Positions 26,818 to 36,678 of a stretch of 64,000 nucleotides of DNA are shown in pieces; the stretch's first letter is position 1; each line of letters begins with the position of its first letter. Origin of the DNA: an uncultured Bdellovibrionales bacterium (GTDB lineage: Bacteria; Patescibacteriota; Minisyncoccia; Moranbacterales; UBA1568). The position numbers were made by a program, and so were the translations under genes. Location: positions 4,158 through 68,157 of the forward strand of contig CAYTED010000008.1 of the NCBI GenBank assembly GCA_964436855.1. Reading direction: 5' to 3'. The notes under the pieces are model-generated. The model was not told the DNA's origin and searched no databases. It worked only from the letters and a program-made list of their open reading frames with translations.

Positions 26818-28449
26818 TTATATTATCTCTCGAATCTCTGCTCCGATCGTTCCGTCCGATACCTGAATTTCTATTGTATCACCTTTCTTTGCTTGTTTGA
26901 CGCTTCGGATAAGCTTTCCGCCACTTCGCACCAGGCTGTATCCAAGTGACAGTGCGCGGTTCGGATCGTATTCACGGAGTTTTTCTTCCATACGAAGAAT
27001 CGATTCATAGTATTTTTCTCGCGCGGTTTCGAAACATGAAACCATATTTTTCTCGAATTCCCCAATTCGTTCGGCAGAAGATTTGAGGGAAAATCGGATA
27101 TGTTCGAAGGATCGAAGAAGACTTTCTTCCGCCCGAACAAAACGCTCCTTGAGTTTTGGGAATGCGAGAGACAGTATTTCTTGGGATCGGGAGAACGTAT
27201 GCCTCACATTTAAAAGCTCCCGCTCAAATCGCTCGGCCAGTATTATTTCCGCGTGTCGCACCTCTTGCCTCGCGCGTTCGAACGGTTCGCGAATCGTCCG
27301 AGCGGTCGCGGTCGGGGTCGATACCATAGAGTCCGCCACAAGCGCCGCGAGCGTGATATCTTTTTCGTGTCCGATACCAAGAAGCGTCGGGATTTTGGAA
27401 TTCGCCACCTCGCGCACGAGCGTTTCATTATTGAATGCCTGCAAGCTCTCAAGACTTCCTCCGCCACGAGTTATCACGAGGAGATCATATTTCTCCGGTG
27501 TTTGGCTGAAGAACTTGAGTGCTTCGAGAATTTCAAACACGGCTTTTTTCCCCTCGACACTCGTCGGATAAAAATCAACCGAAAGACCAAGCATCCCGAG
27601 ATTCATCGTAAAGTCTCCAATGGCCGCCCCCTCGCGAGACGTAATAAGCGCGATCCGCTCGGGAAATTCTGAAAGTTTCCGCTTTCGTTCCGGCGCGAGC
27701 AACCCTTCGGTTTCCAATTTTCGCAAGAGCTCATCGTACGCTTTCTTGAGCGCGCCTTCGCCCGCATATTCGATCACCCCGACCTTCAAAGAGAGTCTCC
27801 CATTCGGCTTGTACATTTCCGGAACACCCTCAACAATAATTTCATCCCCCACCGAAAGACGTATCCCTGACACCTGATACTGATAACGGAACATAAGACA
27901 ATTCAGTGTACTTCCATCCTCCCCGTCTTTGATCGTAAAATAGACGACGCGATCACGCTCATCGACGCTCGATACTTCGCCACGCACCCGTGCCGCCATA
28001 CCAGAGAGCTCCATATTGAGCGCATCGAGAAATTGGGAAACGGACAAGGTATCAGGTATTGGATATGGGGTATTGGAAATTTCCTCCTCCCCTCCTTTCA
28101 AGGGAGGGGATTGAGGGGAGGTTTTCATTTCAGACTCAAGCCCCTCCCTACCCTCCCCTTGGAAAATGGAAGAAGAAGAGGTATGTTCGTTTATAATCTT
28201 CAAAATCATCTTCCCATACTTTCCAAATTTCGCTTCCTTAATTCCCTTCACGCCCAAAAGCTCTTCTTTTGTTTTCGGAAGGACGCGCGCGATTTCTTCG
28301 AGTGTCGCATTCGGAAGCACGCGGTACTGTTCGACTCCCTCAAGTCGAGCCTGCTCTCCGCGCCACTGTCGCAGTGTCTGAATCAAGTTCTTCATCATAA
28401 GACATAGTATACCAAAAAGCCCCACGACTCGCGCGGGGCTTTTTCCCAA
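26818..28449 (-). CDS. xseA: Exodeoxyribonuclease VII large subunit with N-terminal HRDC-like extension
   Basis: OB-fold plus catalytic core (VRGEVSSVDERDRVVYFTIKD, ITSREGAAIGDF, ITRGGGSLESLQAFNNE, IGHEKDITLA). N-terminal roughly 140 aa (LRQWRGEQARLEGVEQYRVLPNATLEEIARVLPKTKEELLGVKGIKEAKFGKYGKMIL) resembles an HRDC domain. Confidence 0.8.
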   Translation of the reverse strand: MGKSPARVVGLFGILCLMMKNLIQTLRQWRGEQARLEGVEQYRVLPNATLEEIARVLPKTKEELLGVKGIKEAKFGKYGKMILKIINEHTSSSSIFQGEGREGLESEMKTSPQSPPLKGGEEEISNTPYPIPDTLSVSQFLDALNMELSGMAARVRGEVSSVDERDRVVYFTIKDGEDGSTLNCLMFRYQYQVSGIRLSVGDEIIVEGVPEMYKPNGRLSLKVGVIEYAGEGALKKAYDELLRKLETEGLLAPERKRKLSEFPERIALITSREGAAIGDFTMNLGMLGLSVDFYPTSVEGKKAVFEILEALKFFSQTPEKYDLLVITRGGGSLESLQAFNNETLVREVANSKIPTLLGIGHEKDITLAALVADSMVSTPTATARTIREPFERARQEVRHAEIILAERFERELLNVRHTFSRSQEILSLAFPKLKERFVRAEESLLRSFEHIRFSLKSSAERIGEFEKNMVSCFETAREKYYESILRMEEKLREYDPNRALSLGYSLVRSGGKLIRSVKQAKKGDTIEIQVSDGTIGAEIREII

Positions 28450-28454
28450 TGGTA

Positions 28455-29306
28455 TTACTTGAGATATTTGTCGACTGCCGGTTGCATTTCTTTGAAGCTA
28501 TACGCTCCGGCGAATCGATCCGTATTCACGAAAAACCCGGGCGTTCCCGATACACCGAAGGATTGTGCCGTCGCGGTGTCTTCCGCGAGTTTCGCATCGT
28601 ATTTCCCACTCTCAAGACACGTCTTCATTTCATTTGCGGGCACGGCTGACTTCAAGAACTCCGCGAGCGTTCCGATTTTCGTCTTGTCGTTTTTTACGTC
28701 GTTATTGAGCACATTGAACCCTGCTTCACTCATCAGGAGATCATGCGCTTCCCAGAATTTTTTCTTCTCATTCGCGCAGTACAGAGCTTTTGTTCCAAGC
28801 TCTCCGTTGCCGTGTCCGTTCTGATACACCCAGACAAACGCCGCCTTTCCCTCGTCCACCATTTTCTTCATTTCCGGAACTGGCGCAACGTAGGCTCCAC
28901 CATCGGACTCAAGCGTAAAACGCGCTCCGGCTTCTTTGTTCAGTGCCGGATTTTTTCCTCCCGCTATATGGCAAAATGGGCAACTTGGATCGCTGAATTC
29001 CACAAACACAACCTTGCTGTCTTTTTTTCCAAATGTGAGATTTTTTCCATTGAAAAGCCCTCGGACTTGATCCATGGAAACTTTTACTTCCCCTTGTCCG
29101 TTTTCCGCACCTTGTTGCGCTTGCGTATTTGCCTCCGATTTTTTGCCAAAATTTCCACCCATCACAACCGCGAGCGCGACAATAATACTCCCCAAAAGAA
29201 TCGCCCCCGATACAAGCCACGCATCCTTCCCGGCCATCGAGAGAAACCCCTCTCCCCCCTCTTTCCGCATTTCTTCCATATACATAATATTACTGATTAT
29301 CTTCAT
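28455..29306 (-). CDS. Membrane-anchored DsbA-like thiol:disulfide oxidoreductase
   Basis: TM anchor, then a thioredoxin fold with CPFC active site and DsbA-like helical insert. Confidence 0.6.
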   Translation of the reverse strand: MKIISNIMYMEEMRKEGGEGFLSMAGKDAWLVSGAILLGSIIVALAVVMGGNFGKKSEANTQAQQGAENGQGEVKVSMDQVRGLFNGKNLTFGKKDSKVVFVEFSDPSCPFCHIAGGKNPALNKEAGARFTLESDGGAYVAPVPEMKKMVDEGKAAFVWVYQNGHGNGELGTKALYCANEKKKFWEAHDLLMSEAGFNVLNNDVKNDKTKIGTLAEFLKSAVPANEMKTCLESGKYDAKLAEDTATAQSFGVSGTPGFFVNTDRFAGAYSFKEMQPAVDKYLK

Positions 29307-29360
29307 TCTCTCCTGTGTAGTATACCATATCGTATTTCTTCCTTGTTTGCAGCCGTTTCT

Positions 29361-30578
29361 CTAGAGAAGTCGCAGCGCTTGCGGGAAGAAAATAAGCAAA
29401 AACCCGAGAAAGAGCATCAGAAGCCCCCCGATCAGATTCGCCCACTTCGAATACGTCGCCGTCAAATGAAGCTTTTCAAATCCCCACAGTGCCAATCCAA
29501 AAACAAGCAAATCGTCAATCATATAAAAGAAAATATAAATCGCCATCAATCCTTGTGTTGGGAAAAATCCGAGATGATTCAGTTCGAGAATTTTCGTGAA
29601 AGCCTGCGGAATACCGATCGAGCAGGCGAATTCGATCACATTTACCGAAAAAGCGAGCGCAATCACTCCGAAGGCGGAGATCCACGTCAGCGGCTCGCTT
29701 GCGAGTTTTTTGATTTGCGCGGAAATTTTTGCCCGACCCTTGGTATCCATGACCTTGCACGTCCCATCGGATATTTTCCATTCGTACAAGAAAAAAATTC
29801 CGCCGCCAATCGCAAGTATCCCAACAATCGGAGTAATCACCCGATCAAGGCCGATAAAATCAAATGTCGTGAACCAAACATTTAAAATCAGGTAGTACAT
29901 AATCGCCTCGGCAACGATAAATAATCCGGCGATGGACCACATCCGCGACCGATTCCCCATCTGCAAGAGCACGAGAAGAAATGTGACAAGCACCCACATC
30001 GCGCACGGATTAAATCCATCGATAAACCCAAGAATACCCGCCATGACTGGCAACGAAAATACGGTGAGATCAATCGTCTGTCCGGTAAAAGGAATCGTGA
30101 TTTCGAGTGGTTCCGGTTCGGGTTTACGACAAAGACCATCACTCTCACAACCCAACCCGGATTGCTCAACCCCCGTCCCACCCCCGCGTGCGAGATACAC
30201 TTCGAATCCAATTTGTTCCTTTCCTTTTGAAGCATGAACAAGCTCGAGGAAGCGTTTCCCAGTTGTTTCTCCGGTATCAAAACCCTGAATGATTTTTCCT
30301 CCGGCAATCGTCGTCGGTGTTACCTTTGGAAGATTTTCGAATTCAGCTACACGAATAAACAAATCCCGATTTTTTTCTTCGGAAATATCCAGAAATCGAA
30401 TTTCGATATTTTCTTTTTCGGCAACCGAAAGAAGAAAACTTTTTTCTTCCTGACAGTGTGCGCAATCATTTCGCTCAAGCACCTCAACGAGCGGTTTTGC
30501 TTCGGCCCGAGCAATATGCGAAGATCCCGCTGCCACCCACGCCAGTGCAATGGTAAACAGTATTGCCGTTTGTTTCAT
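29361..30578 (-). CDS. Thioredoxin-like domain fused to CcdA/DsbD-family transmembrane disulfide transporter
   Basis: Signal peptide MKQTAILFTIALAWVAA, CAHC motif, then a DsbD/CcdA TM core (FIDGFNPCAMWVLV). Start moved to M34 to avoid a 100-nt overlap. Confidence 0.6.
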   Translation of the reverse strand: MKQTAILFTIALAWVAAGSSHIARAEAKPLVEVLERNDCAHCQEEKSFLLSVAEKENIEIRFLDISEEKNRDLFIRVAEFENLPKVTPTTIAGGKIIQGFDTGETTGKRFLELVHASKGKEQIGFEVYLARGGGTGVEQSGLGCESDGLCRKPEPEPLEITIPFTGQTIDLTVFSLPVMAGILGFIDGFNPCAMWVLVTFLLVLLQMGNRSRMWSIAGLFIVAEAIMYYLILNVWFTTFDFIGLDRVITPIVGILAIGGGIFFLYEWKISDGTCKVMDTKGRAKISAQIKKLASEPLTWISAFGVIALAFSVNVIEFACSIGIPQAFTKILELNHLGFFPTQGLMAIYIFFYMIDDLLVFGLALWGFEKLHLTATYSKWANLIGGLLMLFLGFLLIFFPQALRLL

Positions 30579-31303
30579 ATTATTTTGGTATAATGATTTT
30601 TTTCCGCCTGAAATATTCGGTATTGATCGGCAACAAACGAAAAAAGTTTGCTTAATAACGGGAAAAACGGTTTCCATGCGAATATTTTGAGACCGATATA
30701 CGATCCAAGAAGAACTATCGCCTCAAGTGCGCGGAGTGTCAGCTCGCGATCCGCTCCTGCGATAAATCGATGCACGACAATAAACAAGAACGCCGGATAT
30801 ACGAGAAAGTGCACTCGCTTCCAATACTTCCCCAGCCATCTTATCGAAAAAACATTTGATGTGATAAGAAGCGGTAGTAAAAGAAAAAGCCCCAAAGATC
30901 CAGAAAAGAGAAACATATCGATCAGTGTCGGTTGCGCCGGCAGTATCGGAAGTACGATTGTCCCCGCGGCAATCATATATCCCAATCCGTGTACGAGCGC
31001 GGTGTACCCCATAAGAATCCCCAGTTCACGACGAAATCCCATCAGCTGGAGTAGGAACCGCATTCGCGTCATTTTTGAAAGCGGACTGATAAAAAGAATA
31101 ATAATAAGGAGATTTCCGGAAAAGTTTCCATACTCCCGCTGCCACTCTGGGACAAAAATCCCGAGCAAACTAATATGTGCAACCACCAAAAGAGAGCGTT
31201 TTATCGAGACCAAATACTTTGCTAAAACATCAGAGGCGAGATCATGCGCCCAAAACAAACTCCGGAACATCGACCACAGCTTTCTCGTAACACGCTGATT
31301 CAT
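30575..31303 (-). CDS. Integral membrane protein (possible ferric-reductase/YedZ-like heme-binding TM domain)
   Basis: Six predicted TM helices with conserved His residues (TALVHGLGY, VVHRFIAG); weak family call. Confidence 0.3.
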   Translation of the reverse strand: MNQRVTRKLWSMFRSLFWAHDLASDVLAKYLVSIKRSLLVVAHISLLGIFVPEWQREYGNFSGNLLIIILFISPLSKMTRMRFLLQLMGFRRELGILMGYTALVHGLGYMIAAGTIVLPILPAQPTLIDMFLFSGSLGLFLLLPLLITSNVFSIRWLGKYWKRVHFLVYPAFLFIVVHRFIAGADRELTLRALEAIVLLGSYIGLKIFAWKPFFPLLSKLFSFVADQYRIFQAEKNHYTKII

Positions 31304-31513
31304 AATTTATTTGTTTTCCACGGAAGAGCGACCTCCTTTTTCCGGAATCACTTCCGAATGCTTTCGGTCTCCGTATTCTGCAAACAAGAGAAGAAAGAGA
31401 GTCAACAAAAAAATCTGAACAATGCCCAACAAAAAGAATATCCCTCGACGTTCAAACCATTTCTCTTCCATTTGACCATCATATCCGAATTCATCCTTGT
31501 TGTCGAAAAGAAA

Positions 31514-32374
31514 TTATCGACTCGCGATTATTTGGTAATACTGATCAACATCGGAAATCCATTTTTGCACGCTTTTGGGAGAATGTGTCGCGCAGGATGA
31601 TCCGCATTTCCAGACGGTCATCCGCGCGGGATCGCTCGTCTCCCGAAGCGCCACAAGCTCGGCGAGTCGGTTCCCTACTTTTTCCACCGCCTCTTCGGGG
31701 GTACCGAAACAACCGTGTCCCATCGCCACCCCGCGTTCTCCGGCACCCTTAAATCCCCAATAATTAAAACAATCCGCACCATCAGTTGCTCGCGGAACCC
31801 GACGTCCCCAATTCGATTCTTTTTTGGCGATTCCCACAAGGAGCGCCGCGATTTCCCGATCGAATTTCGAGATTGCCGGCGCCATTGTTTCAATAGGATA
31901 CCCCGTCGTAAGCGAAACAATCTCTTCTTCGAGTTCCCGATTTTGAGAATCATCCGTCAACTCATCCTTCTTTGGCTTGCTCGCGAGAACGAACAAATCC
32001 CTCTCAATCGAGCACTCCCTGCTTTCCGGCGCGGCATTGTCCGGAAGTCCGAAAAAATGAAGTTCTCTTTCCAAATCACAGAGCGAAAAATCCTTTGATT
32101 GCGCTACCGGGAAATCAAATGCTTTCGCGTTCCGAACCGGAATCACGGTTTCTCCGATCAAAAAAACGCCCAAAAACAGGATAGTAAACGACAGGAAGGC
32201 TATTTTCGTTTTCCGCAAAAAATACACTCGAAACATCTCGAGTACGAGAAAGCAGCCCCCAAAGAAACCTCGTTTTTCACCCCGATTCATTTGACGCATA
32301 GATTTTTCAAACAGACTCCCATCATACCAAAAAAACGACAAAACGGCAATTGACAAAACTCCGTAAAATTCCAT
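31514..32374 (-). CDS. Membrane-anchored Cys-rich GH73-like (glucosaminidase-like) peptidoglycan hydrolase, paralog A
   Basis: KKESNWGRRVP...DCFNYWGFKG echoes the GH73 ESGWG...NNxFGIK catalytic region. Conserved Cys pattern HGCF / WKCGSSCATHSP. N-terminal TM. Confidence 0.4.
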   Translation of the reverse strand: MEFYGVLSIAVLSFFWYDGSLFEKSMRQMNRGEKRGFFGGCFLVLEMFRVYFLRKTKIAFLSFTILFLGVFLIGETVIPVRNAKAFDFPVAQSKDFSLCDLERELHFFGLPDNAAPESRECSIERDLFVLASKPKKDELTDDSQNRELEEEIVSLTTGYPIETMAPAISKFDREIAALLVGIAKKESNWGRRVPRATDGADCFNYWGFKGAGERGVAMGHGCFGTPEEAVEKVGNRLAELVALRETSDPARMTVWKCGSSCATHSPKSVQKWISDVDQYYQIIASR

Positions 32375-32443
32375 ACCTGTGGCTTATTTTAAGCAAAAAA
32401 CAGCGGTTGAACCGCTGTTTTGATATTCCTCTCTCTTGGGGCG

Positions 32444-33475
32444 TTATTCCTCTCCGATTTCATTCAGCTTCTTATAATACCCCTCCACGTCGGCAATCCA
32501 TTTCCGAACGCTTTCCGGACTGTGCCCTGTGCAAGAATATCCGCATTTCCAGATGATCATTTCCTTTGGCGTGTCGCGCTCGTATTCGAAAATCAACTTC
32601 TCGATCCTATGCGCCACCGAATCAACCGCGTCTTTTCGGCTATTAAAACACGTATGCCCACCCGTCCCCATCAAACGTCGTTTCTCACGAAATCCCCAAT
32701 AATTGTAGCAATCCTGCCCATCAAGCACCGGAACCCGACGCCCCCAATTCGATTCTTTTTTTCCGATACCGATAAGAAACGTCGCCGTAATCCGGTCCTT
32801 TTCAAAAATATACGGAAGCATTTCTTCAATCGGGTATCCCTTTACCAGCCGCCTGACCTCTTCTTCGAATTTCTCTTGCTTGTCCTCCTCGATAAAATCG
32901 GAAAGTATCGAGAGTTCGAACGGTTTTTCATTGGAAAAATTTTCTTCTTTTGCCGCTTTTTCGAGAAGCATAGCCACATCGTCGGGCGACAATTCATGAC
33001 TCTCCGTATCGGCACCGGCAACGACCGGGTCGCGATCGGCGGATGCGTTCTTATTAATCACTCCTTCAATCAGATGCGTTCCGGTCATCCCGATAATCAA
33101 AGCAAGAAGTATCGACACTCGCACCGGCTTTAAAGCGGTATGCGCAAACGATCCGGGAGCCAAGAGACGGTGTTTAGAAGAAAACCGATGCCATGCGACG
33201 CGGATACGATATTCGAAAACGGTCGAACGGTTCCGCCACATCCCCACTCGCTCGGACCATTGAGAGCGCAGAAAGGTTCTCCGGAGGCGGAATATGAAGG
33301 CGGAAACCATTTTTTTTCCTCTCGCGCAAAGAGATATTTTTGAATTTTTTTCCGGGTTCGTTTGTTCTTCCGTAGCGAAACGACGCGCGGAAATTGTCGG
33401 GGCATGAAAAGACGGAGTATGTGCCCCCCGCGTTTGAATATTTTTCGTCCTTTGGATATCGATACTTCTTCCCAT
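32444..33475 (-). CDS. Membrane-anchored Cys-rich GH73-like protein, paralog B (tandem duplicate of 31514-32374)
   Basis: Same motifs (GKKESNWGRRVP, DCYNYWGF, HTCF, WKCGYSCTGHSP); longer N-terminal region. Confidence 0.4.
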   Translation of the reverse strand: MGRSIDIQRTKNIQTRGAHTPSFHAPTISARRFATEEQTNPEKNSKISLCARGKKMVSAFIFRLRRTFLRSQWSERVGMWRNRSTVFEYRIRVAWHRFSSKHRLLAPGSFAHTALKPVRVSILLALIIGMTGTHLIEGVINKNASADRDPVVAGADTESHELSPDDVAMLLEKAAKEENFSNEKPFELSILSDFIEEDKQEKFEEEVRRLVKGYPIEEMLPYIFEKDRITATFLIGIGKKESNWGRRVPVLDGQDCYNYWGFREKRRLMGTGGHTCFNSRKDAVDSVAHRIEKLIFEYERDTPKEMIIWKCGYSCTGHSPESVRKWIADVEGYYKKLNEIGEE

Positions 33476-33511
33476 CGTTTTTGTTTTTATCCTTCTTTCT
33501 CCGAAATACTG

Positions 33512-33907
33512 TTATTGACTCTCCTCTCCTCCGGCCGATTTTTTGAAAAATCCGATAACGCTCGGCGTTCCCACAAAACACTCCCCGTTCGCGTACACAA
33601 ACGGAACCCCCATTCCATCCGGTTGTATATTGCAACTCTCCGCGCGAAGTTTCATTTCTTTGGCGTTCTTTTTGTCATGCCACACTTCTTTTTTTACAAA
33701 ATTCACTTTTTCAGCAATGTTGTTTTCCTCCAAAAAATTCGAAACGTCCTTGCAGTGCGGGCATTCCGCTCCGTAGAAATATGTCGCCACAGAGGAATCT
33801 TCTCCCAGCACAGCTTCTTCCGTATCCGGTTTCTCCGACAATCCCCAATACGCCACCCCTCCAATCAAAAAAGCGAGAAACAACGCGAGTGTAATCATTT
33901 TCCCCAT
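33512..33907 (-). CDS. Membrane-anchored thioredoxin/glutaredoxin-like protein (CPHC)
   Basis: TM anchor MGKMITLALFLAFLIGGV, then YFYGAECPHCKDV redox motif. Start moved to an internal Met to remove the overlap with lgt. Confidence 0.55.
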   Translation of the reverse strand: MGKMITLALFLAFLIGGVAYWGLSEKPDTEEAVLGEDSSVATYFYGAECPHCKDVSNFLEENNIAEKVNFVKKEVWHDKKNAKEMKLRAESCNIQPDGMGVPFVYANGECFVGTPSVIGFFKKSAGGEESQ

Positions 33908-33914
33908 AATAAAG

Positions 33915-34760
33915 TCATCGAGAATCAAGTACGGATATTGTACCGTTTTTTCGAGAAAAAAGGAAGATTCCGCCACAAATAACCGTCAATACGGCATACA
34001 CTTGCCCGAGAGTAAGCGATTGGAATATCGCCACCTCTCCACTGCCCGGTTCCCGGACGTACTCCAAAAAAAACCGGAACAGTCCATACCAAACAAGAAA
34101 ATACCCCGCAAGTGTTCCCGATGGCCGATTTCCTTTCTTTTTCCAGAGAAAAAACAATATCCAAAACAATATCCCTCCCTCAAAAAAAGCTTCGTACAAT
34201 TGGCTCGGGTGACGAAGAAGACTCTCATTCCCTCGAAAATACATCCCGAGAAAAAAGTCAGTCGGACGACCATAGAGCTCCCCGTTTAAAAAATTCCCCA
34301 GTCGACCGAAAAAAATCGCCACCGGAGCCGAAAGAGCGAGGAAATCCACCGCTTGAAACAACTCCCGTTGTCGCCCTCGAAAAAGAATATGAAGCGCAAG
34401 TATCACTCCGATCAACCCGCCAAAAAAACTCATTCCGGAAAGACCGACGAAGTTTCCTCCCGAATCAAAGGGAAAAAAAAGCCGAAGCGGATGCTCGAGA
34501 AAATACTCCGGCATATACAACACCGCGAATCCGATTCGCCCGCCCAAAAGCGCCCCAAAAAAAAGACCGACGCTCTCATCAAATCCAAGTTTCCCGCGAT
34601 CCTGTTTATTTTCAAAAGACTTCCCCTGCACAAAACGAAGCACGAAATATGCCACAAAAAATCCGATCATCCAGCCGATCGAATACCATCGAAATGAAAA
34701 CGATCCGATCGAGAAGGCGACCGGATCGATCGAAAGCGGAAGATATGCCCACCCATTCAT
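33915..34760 (-). CDS. lgt: Prolipoprotein diacylglyceryl transferase
   Basis: Lgt signature FGRLGNFLNGELYGRPTD; 7 TM. Confidence 0.85.
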   Translation of the reverse strand: MNGWAYLPLSIDPVAFSIGSFSFRWYSIGWMIGFFVAYFVLRFVQGKSFENKQDRGKLGFDESVGLFFGALLGGRIGFAVLYMPEYFLEHPLRLFFPFDSGGNFVGLSGMSFFGGLIGVILALHILFRGRQRELFQAVDFLALSAPVAIFFGRLGNFLNGELYGRPTDFFLGMYFRGNESLLRHPSQLYEAFFEGGILFWILFFLWKKKGNRPSGTLAGYFLVWYGLFRFFLEYVREPGSGEVAIFQSLTLGQVYAVLTVICGGIFLFSRKNGTISVLDSR

Positions 34761-34768
34761 ATATTCTT

Positions 34769-35857
34769 TTAGAGCTCTTTTGCCTCACCGGGAAAATGAC
34801 TCGGGTCATTGTATGAGTCAAGTTGTTTTTTAAACTCCATTCCATAGATTTCCCACAGCGCCATAAAAAGCGAAACGACGATCGGCCCAAGAATAAACCC
34901 CGGTATCCCAAACAAAGAAATCCCCCCAAGGGTTGCAAAAAAAACAAGAAGCGGATGCATTTGCGTATCTTTTCCAACCAATTTCGGTCGAAGGATATTG
35001 TCGATAAGCGAAATGACTCCAAAACCAATCCCGAGAACAAGCGCCCCTTGCCACACTTGCCCGGAAAGAAACAGGATGATCGCCGCCGGAAACCACACCG
35101 CTCCCGTTCCAACCATCGGAATGATCGAAAAAAGAAACATCAACACTCCCCAAATAACCGATGAAGGAATTCCCACTACCCAAAACAAGAGCCACCCAAT
35201 TGCCCCTTGTATAACACCAATCACAAGCGTTCCCTTCATAGTCGCCCGACTCATCGAAACAAATTTTTCCACCAATAACTTTTCATGTCGGTCTCGGAGC
35301 GGCGAAAGACGCATCACATATGAAATCGCCTTTTTTCCATCAATAAGAAAATAGTAGAGCGTAAAGAAAAGAATAAACACGAAAAAAACAAATTGACTGA
35401 TACTTGTGTAAGCTGCCTGTAAAATTCCGACAAAATTTTCCCCCAATCCTCGAATACTTCCTAGTATTTCCTTTTCATCCAATGATTTTCCAAAGAACGT
35501 ATCCGTTCCGGGGAGAGATCGAAGATTCTCTACCAATCCCCCGATAAAAATCTCAGCTGTTTTTCCTTCTCCGAAGGAATGATAAAAATCATTCGCCTCC
35601 CCAGCGACAGCTGAAAGTGTCGCCACAACCGGAGTTACCAAAACAAACACAATAAAAAGGCAAGTAAAAAACGAGGCAATGCGAATATGACTCCGAAAGA
35701 GCTTGAGAAAAAATTGATGCGGTCGCTGAAAAAGCGCCGCGAAAACCGCCGCAACGATAATCGCTGACAGAAACGGTTGAAACAGAAAAAACACCGTGGC
35801 CCCCACAAATAAAATCAGCCCGAAAAAGAAATACACATTGAGATGATGCAGATACAT
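34769..35857 (-). CDS. AI-2E family transporter (UPF0118/PerM-like)
   Basis: 8-TM topology; conserved C-terminal region GLVLGPIVVSLFMALWEIY. Confidence 0.65.
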   Translation of the reverse strand: MYLHHLNVYFFFGLILFVGATVFFLFQPFLSAIIVAAVFAALFQRPHQFFLKLFRSHIRIASFFTCLFIVFVLVTPVVATLSAVAGEANDFYHSFGEGKTAEIFIGGLVENLRSLPGTDTFFGKSLDEKEILGSIRGLGENFVGILQAAYTSISQFVFFVFILFFTLYYFLIDGKKAISYVMRLSPLRDRHEKLLVEKFVSMSRATMKGTLVIGVIQGAIGWLLFWVVGIPSSVIWGVLMFLFSIIPMVGTGAVWFPAAIILFLSGQVWQGALVLGIGFGVISLIDNILRPKLVGKDTQMHPLLVFFATLGGISLFGIPGFILGPIVVSLFMALWEIYGMEFKKQLDSYNDPSHFPGEAKEL

Positions 35858-35985
35858 ACGAGAGCGATACTATGGATAATAAATACCGGATGAAAAAACG
35901 ACTTCCAATCACCCCTCCTAGTATAGCAAAACGAGACGCTCGAAAAAAGCGTCTCGTTCTCAAATACGGTATCGATCGAGAAAGA

Positions 35986-36663
35986 TTACTTTTTCTCCTT
36001 CTCCTCTTCCCCGGCTTCGGAAGGAGCCTCTGTCTTCACAACTCCCTCAACCTTTGTAACATCCATCTCCACTTTTTCCGACAACGATGCGATTTCCGCT
36101 TCGGTTCGCGGCGCCATCACCGATGCGATAACCGTTCCCGGATCGGCATCGATCGTAACCCCTTTCGGCACTTTTATATCGGACACCTTGATATGATCAT
36201 CAAATGTCGCAAGAATCGAAAGGTCGACATCAAGCGTATGCGGGAGATCTTTCGGTAACGCTTTCACCGGAAGTTCTTCGATAGATTTTACGAGAATACC
36301 TCCTTGTTCGCGAACCGCCGGAGCCTCCCCCGAAAACGTGATCGGCACATTCGTCTCAATCTCCTCATCCATTCGCACCTCAAAAAAATCGGCGTGCAAG
36401 AATCGGTTCGACATCGGATCAATCTGCACATCGTGAATAAGCACATTCGCGGTTTTCCCTTCTCCAATGGAAAGCGAGAGCAGGGTGTTTTCACCGGCCG
36501 CTTTGTACGCCTTGGAAAATTCGAGGTATCCGAGAGAAATATTTTTCGGTTCAATTTTATGCCCATATAAAACCGCCGGAAGTATTCCGTTCTTTCGAAG
36601 ATTCACCAATTTCTTTCCTGTCTCTTCGCGGAGATTCGCCGCGAGCTTGATTGTTTCACTCAT
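35986..36663 (-). CDS. rplY: Ribosomal protein L25 / general stress protein Ctc
   Basis: LRKNGILPAVLYG...HLDF fold plus a Ctc-type C-terminal domain ending in an acidic tail. Confidence 0.8.
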   Translation of the reverse strand: MSETIKLAANLREETGKKLVNLRKNGILPAVLYGHKIEPKNISLGYLEFSKAYKAAGENTLLSLSIGEGKTANVLIHDVQIDPMSNRFLHADFFEVRMDEEIETNVPITFSGEAPAVREQGGILVKSIEELPVKALPKDLPHTLDVDLSILATFDDHIKVSDIKVPKGVTIDADPGTVIASVMAPRTEAEIASLSEKVEMDVTKVEGVVKTEAPSEAGEEEKEKK

Positions 36664-36678
36664 AAAAAAATTATTCGG

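Noticed and set aside
28743-29885. 380-aa plus-strand ORF
   Set aside because: It is antisense to the DsbA-like and CcdA-like genes. It is basic with low complexity and has no motifs.
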